This document shows positions 1 to 7,839 of a DNA stretch of 25,468 bases, piece after piece. The stretch lies in the UHGV virus genome UHGV-0122056, one strand, 5' to 3'. The notes under the pieces were generated by a model, which worked only from the letters and a program-made list of their open reading frames with translations, was not told the DNA's origin and did no database searches. The stretch's first letter is position 1; the number at the start of each line of letters is the position of its first letter. The position numbers and the translations under genes are program-made. The stretch comes from a virus.

Positions 1-86
1 GCGGTAGACCTCTAAATCGTGCACAGGCTCTGGCGAAGATCGCAGAAATCAAAGCTAAGTTCGGACTAAAAGGAGCAAGTGTATGA
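1..86 (+). CDS. 3' end of upstream gene, partial (likely replication protein P C-terminus)
   Basis: Open frame entering from the window edge (codons from nt 3) ends at TGA 84-86 in an ATGA overlap with the next start. Its position upstream of ren/tR2/ninB matches lambda P; 28 codons are too few to confirm identity. Confidence 0.45.
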   Translation, partial: GRPLNRAQALAKIAEIKAKFGLKGASV

Positions 87-373
87 CGGGCAAAGAGGCA
101 ATTATTCATTACCTGGGGACGCATAATAGCTTCTGTGCGCCGGACGTTGCCGCGCTAACAGGCGCAACAGTAACCAGCATAAATCAGGCCGCGGCTAAAA
201 TGGCACGGGCAGGTCTTCTGGTTATCGAAGGTAAGGTCTGGCGAACGGTGTATTACCGGTTTGCTACCAGGGAAGAACGGGAAGGAAAGATGAGCACGAA
301 CCTGGTTTTTAAGGAGTGTCGCCAGAGTGCCGCGATGAAACGGGTATTGGCGGTATATGGAGTTAAAAGATGA
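83..373 (+). CDS. ren: Ren-like protein (lambda ren homolog)
   Basis: 96-aa ORF whose sequence matches lambda Ren as I recall it; sits between the P-like 3' end and a tR2-like terminator as in lambda. Confidence 0.7.
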   Translation: MTGKEAIIHYLGTHNSFCAPDVAALTGATVTSINQAAAKMARAGLLVIEGKVWRTVYYRFATREEREGKMSTNLVFKECRQSAAMKRVLAVYGVKR

Positions 374-398
374 CCATCTACATTACTGAGCTAATAAC

Positions 399-428
399 AG
401 GCCTGCTGGTAATCGCAGGCCTTTTTAT
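399..428 (+). terminator. Rho-independent terminator, lambda tR2-like
   Basis: Perfect 8-bp stem AGGCCTGC (399-406) / GCAGGCCT (415-422) with an 8-nt loop, followed by TTTTTATTT; sequence and position (after ren, before ninB) match lambda tR2. Confidence 0.8.
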
Positions 429-446
429 TTGGGGGAGAGGGAAGTC

Positions 447-887
447 ATGAAAAAACTAACCTTTGAAATTCGATCTCCAGCACATCAGCAAAACGCTATT
501 CACGCAGTACAGCAAATCCTTCCAGACCCAACCAAACCAATCGTAGTAACCATTCAGGAACGCAACCGCAGCTTAGACCAAAACAGGAAGCTATGGGCCT
601 GCTTAGGTGACGTCTCTCGTCAGGTTGAATGGCATGGTCGCTGGCTGGATGCAGAAAGCTGGAAGTGTGTGTTTACCGCAGCATTAAAGCAGCAGGATGT
701 TGTTCCTAACCTTGCCGGGAATGGCTTTGTGGTAATAGGCCAGTCAACCAGCAGGATGCGTGTAGGCGAATTTGCGGAGCTATTAGAGCTTATACAGGCA
801 TTCGGTACAGAGCGTGGCGTTAAGTGGTCAGACGAAGCGAGACTGGCTCTGGAGTGGAAAGCGAGATGGGGAGATCGGGCTGCATGA
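447..887 (+). CDS. ninB: NinB/Orf recombination mediator protein
   Basis: ATG at 447 (the track ORF starts at an in-frame upstream TTG); MKKLTFEIRSPAHQQNAIHAVQQ... matches lambda NinB as recalled; GGAGAGGGAAG purine-rich RBS upstream. Confidence 0.85.
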   Translation: MKKLTFEIRSPAHQQNAIHAVQQILPDPTKPIVVTIQERNRSLDQNRKLWACLGDVSRQVEWHGRWLDAESWKCVFTAALKQQDVVPNLAGNGFVVIGQSTSRMRVGEFAELLELIQAFGTERGVKWSDEARLALEWKARWGDRAA

Positions 888-1411
888 CTATCAAATCAAA
901 TACGCCAGCACACGACAAGGACTGCTGGCAAACGCCGCTTTGGCTTTTTGATGCACTGGATATTGAGTTTGGATTCTGGCTGGATTCGGCAGCGAGCGAC
1001 AAAAATGCTCTGTGTGCTCACTGGCTAACTGAGGCCGACGACGCGCTCAATTCTGAGTGGGTAAGCCACGGTGCAATCTGGAATAACCCACCGTACAGCA
1101 ATATCAGGCCGTGGGTGGAAAAAGCCGCTGAGCAGTGCATACAACAGCGACAGACGGTAGTTATGCTTGTGCCAGAGGATATGTCAGTCGGATGGTTCAG
1201 CAAGGCTCTGGAGAGTGTCGACGAAGTTCGCATTATCACTGATGGACGGATTAATTTTATCGAACCATCGACAGGGCTGGAGAAGAAGGGAAACAGCAAA
1301 GGCTCCATGCTGCTGATTTGGCGACCGTTCATCAGTCCTCGACGGATGTTTACTACCGTATCCAAAGCGGCATTGATGGCGATCGGGCAGGGCGTCAGGA
1401 GGGCGGCATGA
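884..1411 (+). CDS. Phage DNA N-6-adenine methyltransferase (Dam-like)
   Basis: ATG 884 overlaps the ninB stop (ATGA). Contains the NPPY-type catalytic motif (WNNPPYSNI) typical of the phage N6-adenine MTase family; the track ORF begins at an upstream GTG. Confidence 0.8.
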   Translation: MTIKSNTPAHDKDCWQTPLWLFDALDIEFGFWLDSAASDKNALCAHWLTEADDALNSEWVSHGAIWNNPPYSNIRPWVEKAAEQCIQQRQTVVMLVPEDMSVGWFSKALESVDEVRIITDGRINFIEPSTGLEKKGNSKGSMLLIWRPFISPRRMFTTVSKAALMAIGQGVRRAA

Positions 1412-1584
1412 GGCGACAGCGACGAAGTTTCACCGACATAATCTGCGAAAACTGCAAATACCTTCCAACGAAACGCTCCAGAAATAAACGCAAGCCAATC
1501 CCAAAAGAATCTGACGTAAAAACCTTCAACTACACGGCTCACCTGTGGGATATCCGGTGGCTAAGACATCGTGCGAGGAAATGA
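1408..1584 (+). CDS. ninE: NinE protein
   Basis: ATG 1408 in an ATGA overlap with the methyltransferase stop; [23 protein letters not shown]... matches lambda NinE as recalled (58 aa). Confidence 0.75.
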   Translation: MRRQRRSFTDIICENCKYLPTKRSRNKRKPIPKESDVKTFNYTAHLWDIRWLRHRARK

Positions 1585-1586
1585 CA

Positions 1587-1946
1587 ATGGATTATTCACA
1601 GTTAAGTGATTTTGAAATTAACAAGCGAGTGGCAATTTGCTGTGGATTTGCTCCCGAAGATTGCGAAATCGCAAAGTTGGGAACATCAATCGTTGGTGTT
1701 GAGTGGGATGACGAAACTGGTTATGCAATAAAAACGGTTGATTACTGTAAAAGCCCGTCAGACGCAGAGCCGATTATCGTAGAGAACAGAATTGGCATTA
1801 TTCCAGCGCCAGAAAATGGATTATGGAAGGCAGCGCATAGAAAAGTTGGCAGTGATAGTACCCCATATCATATGACTCAAGATGAAAACCCACTCCGCGC
1901 TGCCATGATTGTCTTTCTCATGATGCAGGTCGCTAATAATGCTTAG
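1587..1946 (+). CDS. Hypothetical nin-region protein (119 aa)
   Basis: ORF with GAGGAA RBS 6 nt upstream of ATG 1587 (alternative ATG 1581); tightly packed between ninE and ninF; no family recognised with confidence. Confidence 0.6.
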   Translation: MDYSQLSDFEINKRVAICCGFAPEDCEIAKLGTSIVGVEWDDETGYAIKTVDYCKSPSDAEPIIVENRIGIIPAPENGLWKAAHRKVGSDSTPYHMTQDENPLRAAMIVFLMMQVANNA

Positions 1947-2115
1947 CCAATCCCAATCCCTTCAATACCAGAAAGAAAGCGTCGAGCGAGCTTTAACGTG
2001 CGCTAACTGCGGTCAGAAGCTGCATGTGCTGGAAGTTCACGTGTGTGAGCACTGCTGTGCAGAACTGATGAGCGATCCGAATAGCTCAATGTACGAGGAA
2101 GAAGACGATGAGTGA
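1939..2115 (+). CDS. ninF: NinF protein (CxxC zinc-ribbon-like)
   Basis: 58-aa ORF absent from the supplied track (below its length cutoff): MLSQSQSLQYQKESVERALTCANCGQKLHVLEVHVCEHCCAELMSD..., matching lambda NinF as recalled; ATG overlaps the upstream stop. Confidence 0.75.
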   Translation: MLSQSQSLQYQKESVERALTCANCGQKLHVLEVHVCEHCCAELMSDPNSSMYEEEDDE

Positions 2116-2377
2116 TTTCTCTGAGCTTATTTCCTTCAAAAAAGACAGAGAAGAAATGCGGACTGAATCTGTCTATTACGTTCAACACCGGAATAAACGC
2201 TCTGTGCTTGATCAGGAGCTGGTTATTACCGGAGACCTGGCATTCAGAACATATAAGGCCAGCATGGAAATGAAGGATTTCCCTAAATGTGGTTCTGAAA
2301 GAGAAGCCGCGTTAAAGCTGGCAGAGTGGATGCAGAGAATGGCTGCTGCAATTGAGAATTACTGGAGCGAACCATAA
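2108..2377 (+). CDS. Hypothetical protein (89 aa) inserted between ninF and ninG
   Basis: ORF whose ATG 2108 lies inside the ninF 3' end and whose TAA stop overlaps the ninG ATG (TAATG); translationally coupled packing supports a real gene. Confidence 0.6.
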   Translation: MSDFSELISFKKDREEMRTESVYYVQHRNKRSVLDQELVITGDLAFRTYKASMEMKDFPKCGSEREAALKLAEWMQRMAAAIENYWSEP

Positions 2378-2988
2378 TGGCTAAACCAGCGCGAAGACGA
2401 TGTAAAAACGATGAATGCCGGGAATGGTTTCACCCTGCATTCGCTAGTCAGTGGTGGTGCTCTCCAGAGTGTGGAACCAAGATAGCACTCGAACGACGAA
2501 GCAAAGAACGCGAAAAAGCGGAAAAAGCAGCAGAGAAGAAACGACGACGAGAGGAGCAGAAACAGAAAGATAAACTTAAGATTCGAAAACTCGCCTTAAA
2601 GCCCCGCAGTTACTGGATTAAACAAGCCCAACAAGCCGTAAACGCCTTCATCAGAGAAAGAGACCGCGACTTACCATGTATCTCGTGCGGAACGCTCACG
2701 TCTGCTCAGTGGGATGCCGGACATTACCGGACAACTGCTGCGGCACCTCAACTCCGATTTGATGAACGCAATATTCACAAGCAATGCGTGGTGTGCAACC
2801 AGCATAAAAGCGGAAATCTCGTTCCGTATCGCGTCGAACTGATTAATCGCATCGGGCAGGAAGCAGTAGACGAAATCGAATCAAACCATAACCGCCATCG
2901 CTGGACTGTCGAAGAGTGCAAGGCGATCAAGGCAGAGTACCAACAGAAACTCAAAGACCTGCGAAATAGCAGAAGTGAGGCCGCATGA
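2377..2988 (+). CDS. ninG: NinG/Rap recombination-associated protein
   Basis: 203-aa ORF with a Cys-rich N-terminus, lysine/glutamate-rich linker and HNH-like C-terminus, matching lambda NinG as recalled. Confidence 0.85.
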   Translation: MAKPARRRCKNDECREWFHPAFASQWWCSPECGTKIALERRSKEREKAEKAAEKKRRREEQKQKDKLKIRKLALKPRSYWIKQAQQAVNAFIRERDRDLPCISCGTLTSAQWDAGHYRTTAAAPQLRFDERNIHKQCVVCNQHKSGNLVPYRVELINRIGQEAVDEIESNHNRHRWTVEECKAIKAEYQQKLKDLRNSRSEAA

Positions 2989-3191
2989 CGTTCTCAGTAA
3001 AAACCATTCCAGACATGCTCGTTGAAGCATACGGAAACCAGACAGAAGTAGCACGCAGACTGAAATGTAGTCGCGGTACGGTCAGAAAATACGTTGATGA
3101 TAAAGACGGGAAAATGCACGCCATCGTCAACGACGTTCTCATGGTTCATCGCGGATGGAGTGAAAGAGATGCGCTATTACGAAAGAATTGA
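2985..3191 (+). CDS. ninH: NinH protein
   Basis: 68-aa ORF, ATGA overlap with the ninG stop; matches lambda NinH as recalled. Confidence 0.8.
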   Translation: MTFSVKTIPDMLVEAYGNQTEVARRLKCSRGTVRKYVDDKDGKMHAIVNDVLMVHRGWSERDALLRKN

Positions 3192-3840
3192 TGGCAGCAA
3201 ATACCGAAATATTTGGGTAGTTGGCGATCTGCACGGATGCTACACGAACCTGATGAAAAAACTGGAGACGATAGGATTCGACACCAAAAAAGACCTGCTT
3301 ATCTCGGTTGGCGATTTGGTCGATCGCGGTACAGAGAACGTCGAATGCCTGGAATTAATCACATTCCCCTGGTTCAGAGCTGTACGTGGAAACCATGAGC
3401 AAATGATGATTGATGGCTTATCAGAGCGTGGAAACGTCAATCACTGGCTGCTTAATGGCGGTGGCTGGTTCTTTAATCTCGATTACGACAAAGAAATTCT
3501 GGCTAAAGCTCTTGCCCATAAAGCAGAAGAACTTCCGTTAATCATCGAACTGGTGAGCAAAGATAAAAAATATGTCATCTGCCACGCCGATTATCCTTGT
3601 GACGAATACGAATTTGGAAAGCCAGTTGATCATCAGCAGGTAATCTGGAACCGCGAACGAATCAGCAACTCACAAAACGGGATCGTGAAAGAAATTAAAG
3701 GCGCGGACACGTTCATCTTTGGTCATACGCCAGCAGTGAAACCACTCAAATTTTCCAACCAGATGTATATCGATACCGGCGCAGTGTTCTGCGGAAATCT
3801 CACATTGATTCAGGTACAGGGAGAAGGCGCGTGGGCATAA
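3169..3840 (+). CDS. ninI: NinI serine/threonine protein phosphatase (metallophosphoesterase)
   Basis: Metallophosphatase motifs GDLHG, GDLVDRG and GNHE are present. Start set at ATG 3169 (MRYYERIDG...); the track ORF extends to an upstream in-frame ATG at 3094 that would overlap ninH. Confidence 0.85.
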   Translation: MRYYERIDGSKYRNIWVVGDLHGCYTNLMKKLETIGFDTKKDLLISVGDLVDRGTENVECLELITFPWFRAVRGNHEQMMIDGLSERGNVNHWLLNGGGWFFNLDYDKEILAKALAHKAEELPLIIELVSKDKKYVICHADYPCDEYEFGKPVDHQQVIWNRERISNSQNGIVKEIKGADTFIFGHTPAVKPLKFSNQMYIDTGAVFCGNLTLIQVQGEGAWA

Positions 3841-4349
3841 GAGAACTAAACCTCACCAAAGAACAGCATGAGTGGCTGAATGGCTGGCTTGAACTGTGGG
3901 GCGCATGGGTTTATTCAGGTCGTCTGGAAAAGCGCATGAGCAGCGTAATAGCGAAGTTCATGGAGAGCGTAGAGCCGGGAAGAGTTATGACAAGGCCAAT
4001 GTGCAATGATGATGATGGAATGTTGATTTCTCAGGTCGTCGATTCCGTCATGTGCATTGACAAGAAAGCCTTTGGCATCCTCCTCAGCTACTACGCTCAT
4101 GGTTCATCTAAGCGAGCAATTGCATCCTACTATCACGCGACTGCAAAGCCACGCAAGATGTGTGGACGTGGTGGCGAGGGATGGAGAAAACCTTCACTGG
4201 CAACCTGTAGAAACGAAATTGACGACATCCTGAAAGCGTCGTTATTTGTTTTGTACCAGCCAATGCAAAATGCTTTCAAAATGCGTAAACGTGTTGAGAA
4301 AGTTAAGCATGTTGCTGTTAAAAGCCTTGACATGCAATTATCCATTTAG
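3831..4349 (+). CDS. Late-gene antiterminator Q (non-lambda Q type)
   Basis: 172-aa ORF directly after ninI and directly before a strong promoter plus terminator (pR'/tR'-like), the canonical Q position; GTG start at 3831 with GGAG upstream. Call rests on position and size, not verified homology. Confidence 0.6.
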   Translation: MGIRELNLTKEQHEWLNGWLELWGAWVYSGRLEKRMSSVIAKFMESVEPGRVMTRPMCNDDDGMLISQVVDSVMCIDKKAFGILLSYYAHGSSKRAIASYYHATAKPRKMCGRGGEGWRKPSLATCRNEIDDILKASLFVLYQPMQNAFKMRKRVEKVKHVAVKSLDMQLSI

Positions 4350-4357
4350 CCATAATT
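4327..4357 (+). promoter_or_regulatory. Candidate late promoter pR' (sigma70-like)
   Basis: TTGACA (4327-4332), 18-nt spacer, CATAAT (4351-4356), overlapping the Q stop codon; a Q-utilisation site is expected to overlap. Confidence 0.5.
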
Positions 4358-4366
4358 AGAAGGTAA

Positions 4367-4408
4367 GCTGCCGTTAGTGACTCTTAAGTTGCAACGGTGG
4401 CTTTTTTT
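4367..4408 (+). terminator. Candidate tR'-like intrinsic terminator
   Basis: GCUGCCGUU (4367-4375) pairs with AACGGUGGC (4393-4401), including two G-U pairs, followed by a 7-T run (4402-4408), only a few nt downstream of the promoter -10. Confidence 0.5.
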
Positions 4409-4412
4409 ATTT

Positions 4413-4487
4413 GGGTCAGTCGTATAAAGGTCATTACGGAAGGCTGTTAACCTTCTTATCGTGGTTCGAGCCCACGCTGTCCCGCCA
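4413..4487 (+). tRNA. tRNA, anticodon GUU (Asn) by manual cloverleaf folding
   Basis: 75 nt ending in CCA; acceptor stem GGGTCAG/CTGTCCC (one T-T mismatch), anticodon stem GAAGG/CCTTC, loop CTGTTAA, T-arm CGTGG-TTCGAGC-CCACG; D-stem is weak (3 bp). Confidence 0.7.
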
Positions 4488-4492
4488 AACAT

Positions 4493-4568
4493 GCTGGTTT
4501 AGCTCCAATGGTAGAGCAGTCGCCTTGTAAGCGAATGGGTAGCGGTTCAAGTCCGTTAACCAGCACCA
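4493..4568 (+). tRNA. tRNA, anticodon UGU (Thr) by manual cloverleaf folding
   Basis: 76 nt ending in CCA; perfect 7-bp acceptor stem GCTGGTT/AACCAGC, D-arm GCTC-CAATGGTA-GAGC, anticodon loop CTTGTAA, T-arm AGCGG-TTCAAGT-CCGTT. Confidence 0.85.
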
Positions 4569-4790
4569 TAACTGAGCCGTAGCCACTGGCTATCCTGAAT
4601 TCATCAGTGATAGTTACGCTGCGGCCTTCTACACATGATCTTCGTGAAAGCGGGTGGCAAGAGGCTGCGCTAACAACCTCCTGCCGTTTTGCCCGTGCAT
4701 ATCGGTCACGAACAAATCTGATTACTAAACACAGTAGCCTGGATTTGTTCTATCAGTAATCGACCTTATTCCTAATTAAATAGAGCAAAT

Positions 4791-4810
4791 CCCCTTATTG
4801 GGGGTAAGAC
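4791..4810 (+). promoter_or_regulatory. sdi-like RNA stem-loop and SD controlling the dual start of holin S
   Basis: CCCC (4791-4794) TTATT GGGGG (4800-4804) hairpin immediately upstream of ATG-AAG-ATG (Met1-Lys2-Met3), as in the lambda S107/S105 dual-start arrangement. Confidence 0.5.
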
Positions 4811-5134
4811 ATGAAGATGCCAGAAAAACATGACCTGTTAGCCGCTATTCTCGCGGCAAAGGAACAAGGCATCGGGGCAATCCTTGCGTTTGCAATGGCG
4901 TACCTTCGCGGCAGATATAATGGCGGTGCGTTTACAAAAACAGTAATCGACGCAACGATGTGCGCCATTATCGCCTGGTTCATTCGTGACCTTCTCGACT
5001 TCGCCGGACTAAGTAGCAATCTCGCTTATATAACGAGCGTGTTCATCGGCTACATCGGTACTGACTCGATTGGTTCGCTTATCAAACGCTTTGCTGCTAA
5101 AAAAGCCGGAATAGAAGATGGTGGAAATCAATAA
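4811..5134 (+). CDS. S: Holin/antiholin S (class I holin, lambda S type)
   Basis: 107-aa ORF beginning [39 protein letters not shown]..., matching lambda S as recalled; three hydrophobic segments. Confidence 0.9.
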   Translation: MKMPEKHDLLAAILAAKEQGIGAILAFAMAYLRGRYNGGAFTKTVIDATMCAIIAWFIRDLLDFAGLSSNLAYITSVFIGYIGTDSIGSLIKRFAAKKAGIEDGGNQ

Positions 5135-5594
5135 TCAACGTAAGGCGTTCCTCGATATGCTGGCGTGGTCAGAGGGAACTGATAACGGACGTCAGAAAAC
5201 CAGAAATCATGGTTATGACGTCATTGTTGGCGGAGAGCTATTCACTGATTACTCCGATCACCCTCGCAAACTTGTCACGCTAAACCCAAAACTCAAATCA
5301 ACAGCAGCCGGGCGCTATCAGCTTCTTTCCCGTTGGTGGGATGCCTATCGTAAGCAGCTTGGCCTGAAAGACTTCTCTCCGAAAAGCCAGGACGCTGTGG
5401 CACTGCAACAGATTAAAGAGCGTGGCGCTTTACCGATGATTGATCGCGGTGATATTCGTCAGGCTATCGACCGTTGCAGCAATATCTGGGCTTCACTGCC
5501 GGGCGCTGGTTATGGTCAGTTTGAGCATAAGGCTGACAGCCTGATTGCAAAATTCAAAGAGGCTGGCGGAACGGTCAGAGAGATTGAGGTATGA
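5118..5594 (+). CDS. R: Endolysin R (lytic transglycosylase, lambda R type)
   Basis: 158-aa [42 protein letters not shown]..., matching lambda R as recalled; overlaps the S 3' end. Confidence 0.9.
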   Translation: MVEINNQRKAFLDMLAWSEGTDNGRQKTRNHGYDVIVGGELFTDYSDHPRKLVTLNPKLKSTAAGRYQLLSRWWDAYRKQLGLKDFSPKSQDAVALQQIKERGALPMIDRGDIRQAIDRCSNIWASLPGAGYGQFEHKADSLIAKFKEAGGTVREIEV

Positions 5595-6028
5595 GCAGAG
5601 TCACCGCGATTATCTCCGCTCTGATTATCTGCATCATCGTCTGCCTGTCATGGGCTGTTAATCATTACCGTGATAACGCCATCGCCTACAAAGAGCAGCG
5701 CGATAAAGCCATATCCATCATCGCTGATATGCAGAAGCGGCAACGTGATGTAGCAGAACTTGACGCCAGATACACAAAGGAGCTTGCTGATGCTAATGCG
5801 ACTATCGAAAGTCTCCGTGCTGATGTTTCTGCTGGGCGTAAGCGCCTGCAAGTCGCCGCCACCTGTGCAAAGTCAACGACCGGAGCCAGCAGCATGGGCG
5901 ATGGAGAAAGCCCAAGACTTACAGCAGATGCTGAACTCAATTATTACCGTCTCCGAAGTGGAATCGACAGGATAACCGCGCAGGTTAACTACTTGCAGGA
6001 GTACATTAGGACGCAGTGCTTAAAATAA
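5591..6028 (+). CDS. Rz: Spanin inner-membrane subunit Rz (i-spanin)
   Basis: 145-aa ORF with an N-terminal TM segment ([26 protein letters not shown]) and coiled-coil body; ATGA overlap with the R stop. Confidence 0.85.
   Translation: MSRVTAIISALIICIIVCLSWAVNHYRDNAIAYKEQRDKAISIIADMQKRQRDVAELDARYTKELADANATIESLRADVSAGRKRLQVAATCAKSTTGASSMGDGESPRLTADAELNYYRLRSGIDRITAQVNYLQEYIRTQCLK
5790..5975 (+). CDS. Rz1: Spanin outer-membrane lipoprotein Rz1 (o-spanin), embedded in Rz in the +1 frame
   Basis: AAGGAG RBS (5777-5782) 7 nt upstream of ATG 5790; signal peptide [20 protein letters not shown] with lipobox VSAC, followed by a Pro-rich mature peptide; lies entirely inside Rz. Confidence 0.75.
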   Translation: MLMRLSKVSVLMFLLGVSACKSPPPVQSQRPEPAAWAMEKAQDLQQMLNSIITVSEVESTG

Positions 6029-6070
6029 TTTTAATTTCACTGAAATTTAACAAGTGACTTTCAGGAAAAT

Positions 6071-6096
6071 GCCTCGCAGATGCGGGGCGTTTTTGT
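6071..6096 (+). terminator. Rho-independent terminator after the lysis cassette
   Basis: GCCUCGC (6071-6077) / GCGGGGC (6083-6089) stem with one G-U pair, then GTTTTTGT. Confidence 0.6.
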
Positions 6097-6246
6097 ATAG
6101 GTATTTCACCGCGCACCGCAGCGCACAATAACCACCGAACCTGACCCTTTGGAATGGGCCTTTGAGGATACCAGTTAGTGCTGGCGAGCCTCGGTGGGCT
6201 GGTTTCCTGTGCGGCAAAGGTTCATTTCGAAGTAGCAGGTAACGCC

Positions 6247-6783
6247 ATGAATGAATTAATTGTGAATCATGACTTTGACTTTCGCCAGTTAGTTACCGCA
6301 GCAGAAGGTCAACCGGTAACTGACACCTTCCAGATCGCAAAGGCATTTGGTAAGCGTCATGCGGACGTATTGAGGGCGCTGAAAAATTGTCATTGCTCTG
6401 AAGATTTCCGGAGAGCGCATTTTTGCGTTGCCGAAAAAATCAATGACTTAGGGATTTTCGACAAGAAACAGATTTACTACCGCATGGACTTTAGTGGCTT
6501 CGTTATGCTGGTCATGGGATTTAATGGCGCAAAAGCCGACGCTGTTAAAGAGGCCTATATAAATGCCTTTAACTGGATGTCAGCAGAACTCCGTAAGTAC
6601 AGCGAAAGTTATGAAGCAGAACGCAACGCCATAATGCTGGAGTATATGAAAGAGAAGGATGTCGCCAGTATGTCTGGCCGCCTGCTCAATCGCTGGGGAA
6701 AAATTAAGAAGCCTCAGCTACTGGCGAGAATTGAACGCCTTGAACAGCACGGGCAAACCGTAATCCCCGGGCTCACTAATTAA
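6247..6783 (+). CDS. Rha-family phage regulatory protein
   Basis: N-terminal region with Rha-domain hallmarks (...GKRHADVLRALKN..., ...YYRMDFSGFVMLVMGFNGAKADAVKEAYINAFNWM...); start set at ATG 6247, while the track ORF extends to an upstream in-frame alternative start at 6178. Confidence 0.8.
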   Translation: MNELIVNHDFDFRQLVTAAEGQPVTDTFQIAKAFGKRHADVLRALKNCHCSEDFRRAHFCVAEKINDLGIFDKKQIYYRMDFSGFVMLVMGFNGAKADAVKEAYINAFNWMSAELRKYSESYEAERNAIMLEYMKEKDVASMSGRLLNRWGKIKKPQLLARIERLEQHGQTVIPGLTN

Positions 6784-6995
6784 CGGCAGTACCGCGAAGC
6801 AACCCAAGCCAGTAAGTGGGGAAATAACACTGGCAGCCACTGAAAGATGAACCTCCTGCCTTATGGCAAAAAAGATTCTTTGTGGTGGCGGACTGATGGA
6901 AAGACATCGGTTATTGCAGAGGCCATTCAATGAGTGGTCTCGACAATGAGTAAAAGCACAATATGTGAGGCAGAAACGAATTGGTTATATTGAGT

Positions 6996-7139
6996 TTAGG
7001 ATGGATTTGAGCCCATAGGGAGTGGGAACGTAACCCAGCCCCCGAGGTAGAAGAGAGCGACATCGACCATGGTGAGTTCTTCGGTATTCGAGGTTAAGCG
7101 TTTTACCGTATTCATGAATTTTTCTGAATATTTCCTCAT
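6996..7139 (-). CDS. Candidate small ORF (47 aa) with C-terminal hydrophobic segment
   Basis: ATG at 7139 (minus strand) preceded by AAGGGGG with 5-nt spacing; product MRKYSEKFMNTVKRLTSNTEELTMVDVALFYLGGWVTFPLPMGSNPS. Lies inside the inverted-repeat-bounded segment; AT-rich region, so a spurious ORF is possible. Confidence 0.25.
   Translation of the reverse strand: MRKYSEKFMNTVKRLTSNTEELTMVDVALFYLGGWVTFPLPMGSNPS
7009..7024. repeat. Left arm of a 16-bp perfect inverted repeat (GAGCCCATAGGGAGTG)
   Basis: Exact reverse complement of 7259-7274; the arms are separated by 234 bp. Confidence 0.9.
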
Positions 7140-7258
7140 GGCAACCCCCTTGCTTTTGGCTATATCGCTAACAACTTTTACTGCTTTTGGTATCAGTGGA
7201 TAAAACAAAAGTCCTACTGCTGTAATGTTTTTCACCACTTGAACGATATCGCTTCCGG

Positions 7259-7274
7259 CACTCCCTATGGGCTC
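7259..7274. repeat. Right arm of a 16-bp perfect inverted repeat (CACTCCCTATGGGCTC)
   Basis: Exact reverse complement of 7009-7024; ends 37 bp upstream of the small-terminase ATG. Confidence 0.9.
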
Positions 7275-7311
7275 GTAGGGAGATAGTTTAACTAAATAAA
7301 GAGAATAAGCA

Positions 7312-7839
7312 ATGGCACTCACCGACAAACAAGAGATGTTCTGTCGCGAGTACCTCATCGATTTAAATGCCACGCAAGCGGCTATTCGGGCGGGGTACAG
7401 CGCAAAGACAGCTAACCGTACCGCATCCGAAAACCTGTCAAAACCTGACATCAAGTTAAGAATCTCCGAACTGAAAGCGCAACGCAATGATCTTGTTGGT
7501 ATTAATGCAGAATATGTACTTAACCGCCTTATTGAAATCGACCAGATGGATGTGCTCGACATTCTCCTGCAAAACGGTGAGTTAAAGCCCATTAAAGACT
7601 GGCCTAAGGTATGGCGCACAACGCTATCAGGAATGGATGTCGTGGAGATGGTATCCGCAGATAGTGCCGCACTTCTGAAGAAAATCAAATGGCCTGATAA
7701 GGTCAAAAACCTCGAACTTCTTGGTAAGCATGTTTCCGTTCAGGCATTTAAAGAACAAGCTTCTCACGAGCTAACCGGCAAAGACGGCGGCGCAATCCAG
7801 ATTGAAACATCACCGATGAGCACTCTGTTCGGAAAATGA
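7312..7839 (+). CDS. Terminase small subunit (Terminase_2 family)
   Basis: N-terminus MALTDKQEMFCREYLIDLNATQAAIRAGYSAKTA... carries the characteristic small-terminase DNA-binding motif; ATGA overlap with the large subunit. Confidence 0.85.
   Translation: MALTDKQEMFCREYLIDLNATQAAIRAGYSAKTANRTASENLSKPDIKLRISELKAQRNDLVGINAEYVLNRLIEIDQMDVLDILLQNGELKPIKDWPKVWRTTLSGMDVVEMVSADSAALLKKIKWPDKVKNLELLGKHVSVQAFKEQASHELTGKDGGAIQIETSPMSTLFGK

Noticed and set aside
1018-1542. 174-aa minus-strand ORF
   Set aside because: Entirely antisense to the methyltransferase and ninE genes, which are supported by motifs and translational coupling.
3094-3168. Upstream in-frame extension of ninI (track start at 3094)
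   Set aside because: Would overlap ninH by ~100 nt; the MRYYERIDG start at 3169 fits the conserved phosphatase N-terminus as recalled.
4569-4700. Possible third tRNA or tRNA remnant downstream of the two tRNAs
   Set aside because: I could not fold any cloverleaf with acceptor/T-arm pairing or a CCA end in this segment.
6996-7706. 236-aa minus-strand ORF
   Set aside because: Most of it is antisense to the well-supported small-terminase gene (7312-7839) and its composition is Ser/Leu/Arg-rich, typical of antisense frames; only the last 47 codons (6996-7139), which have their own SD, were kept as a low-confidence candidate.
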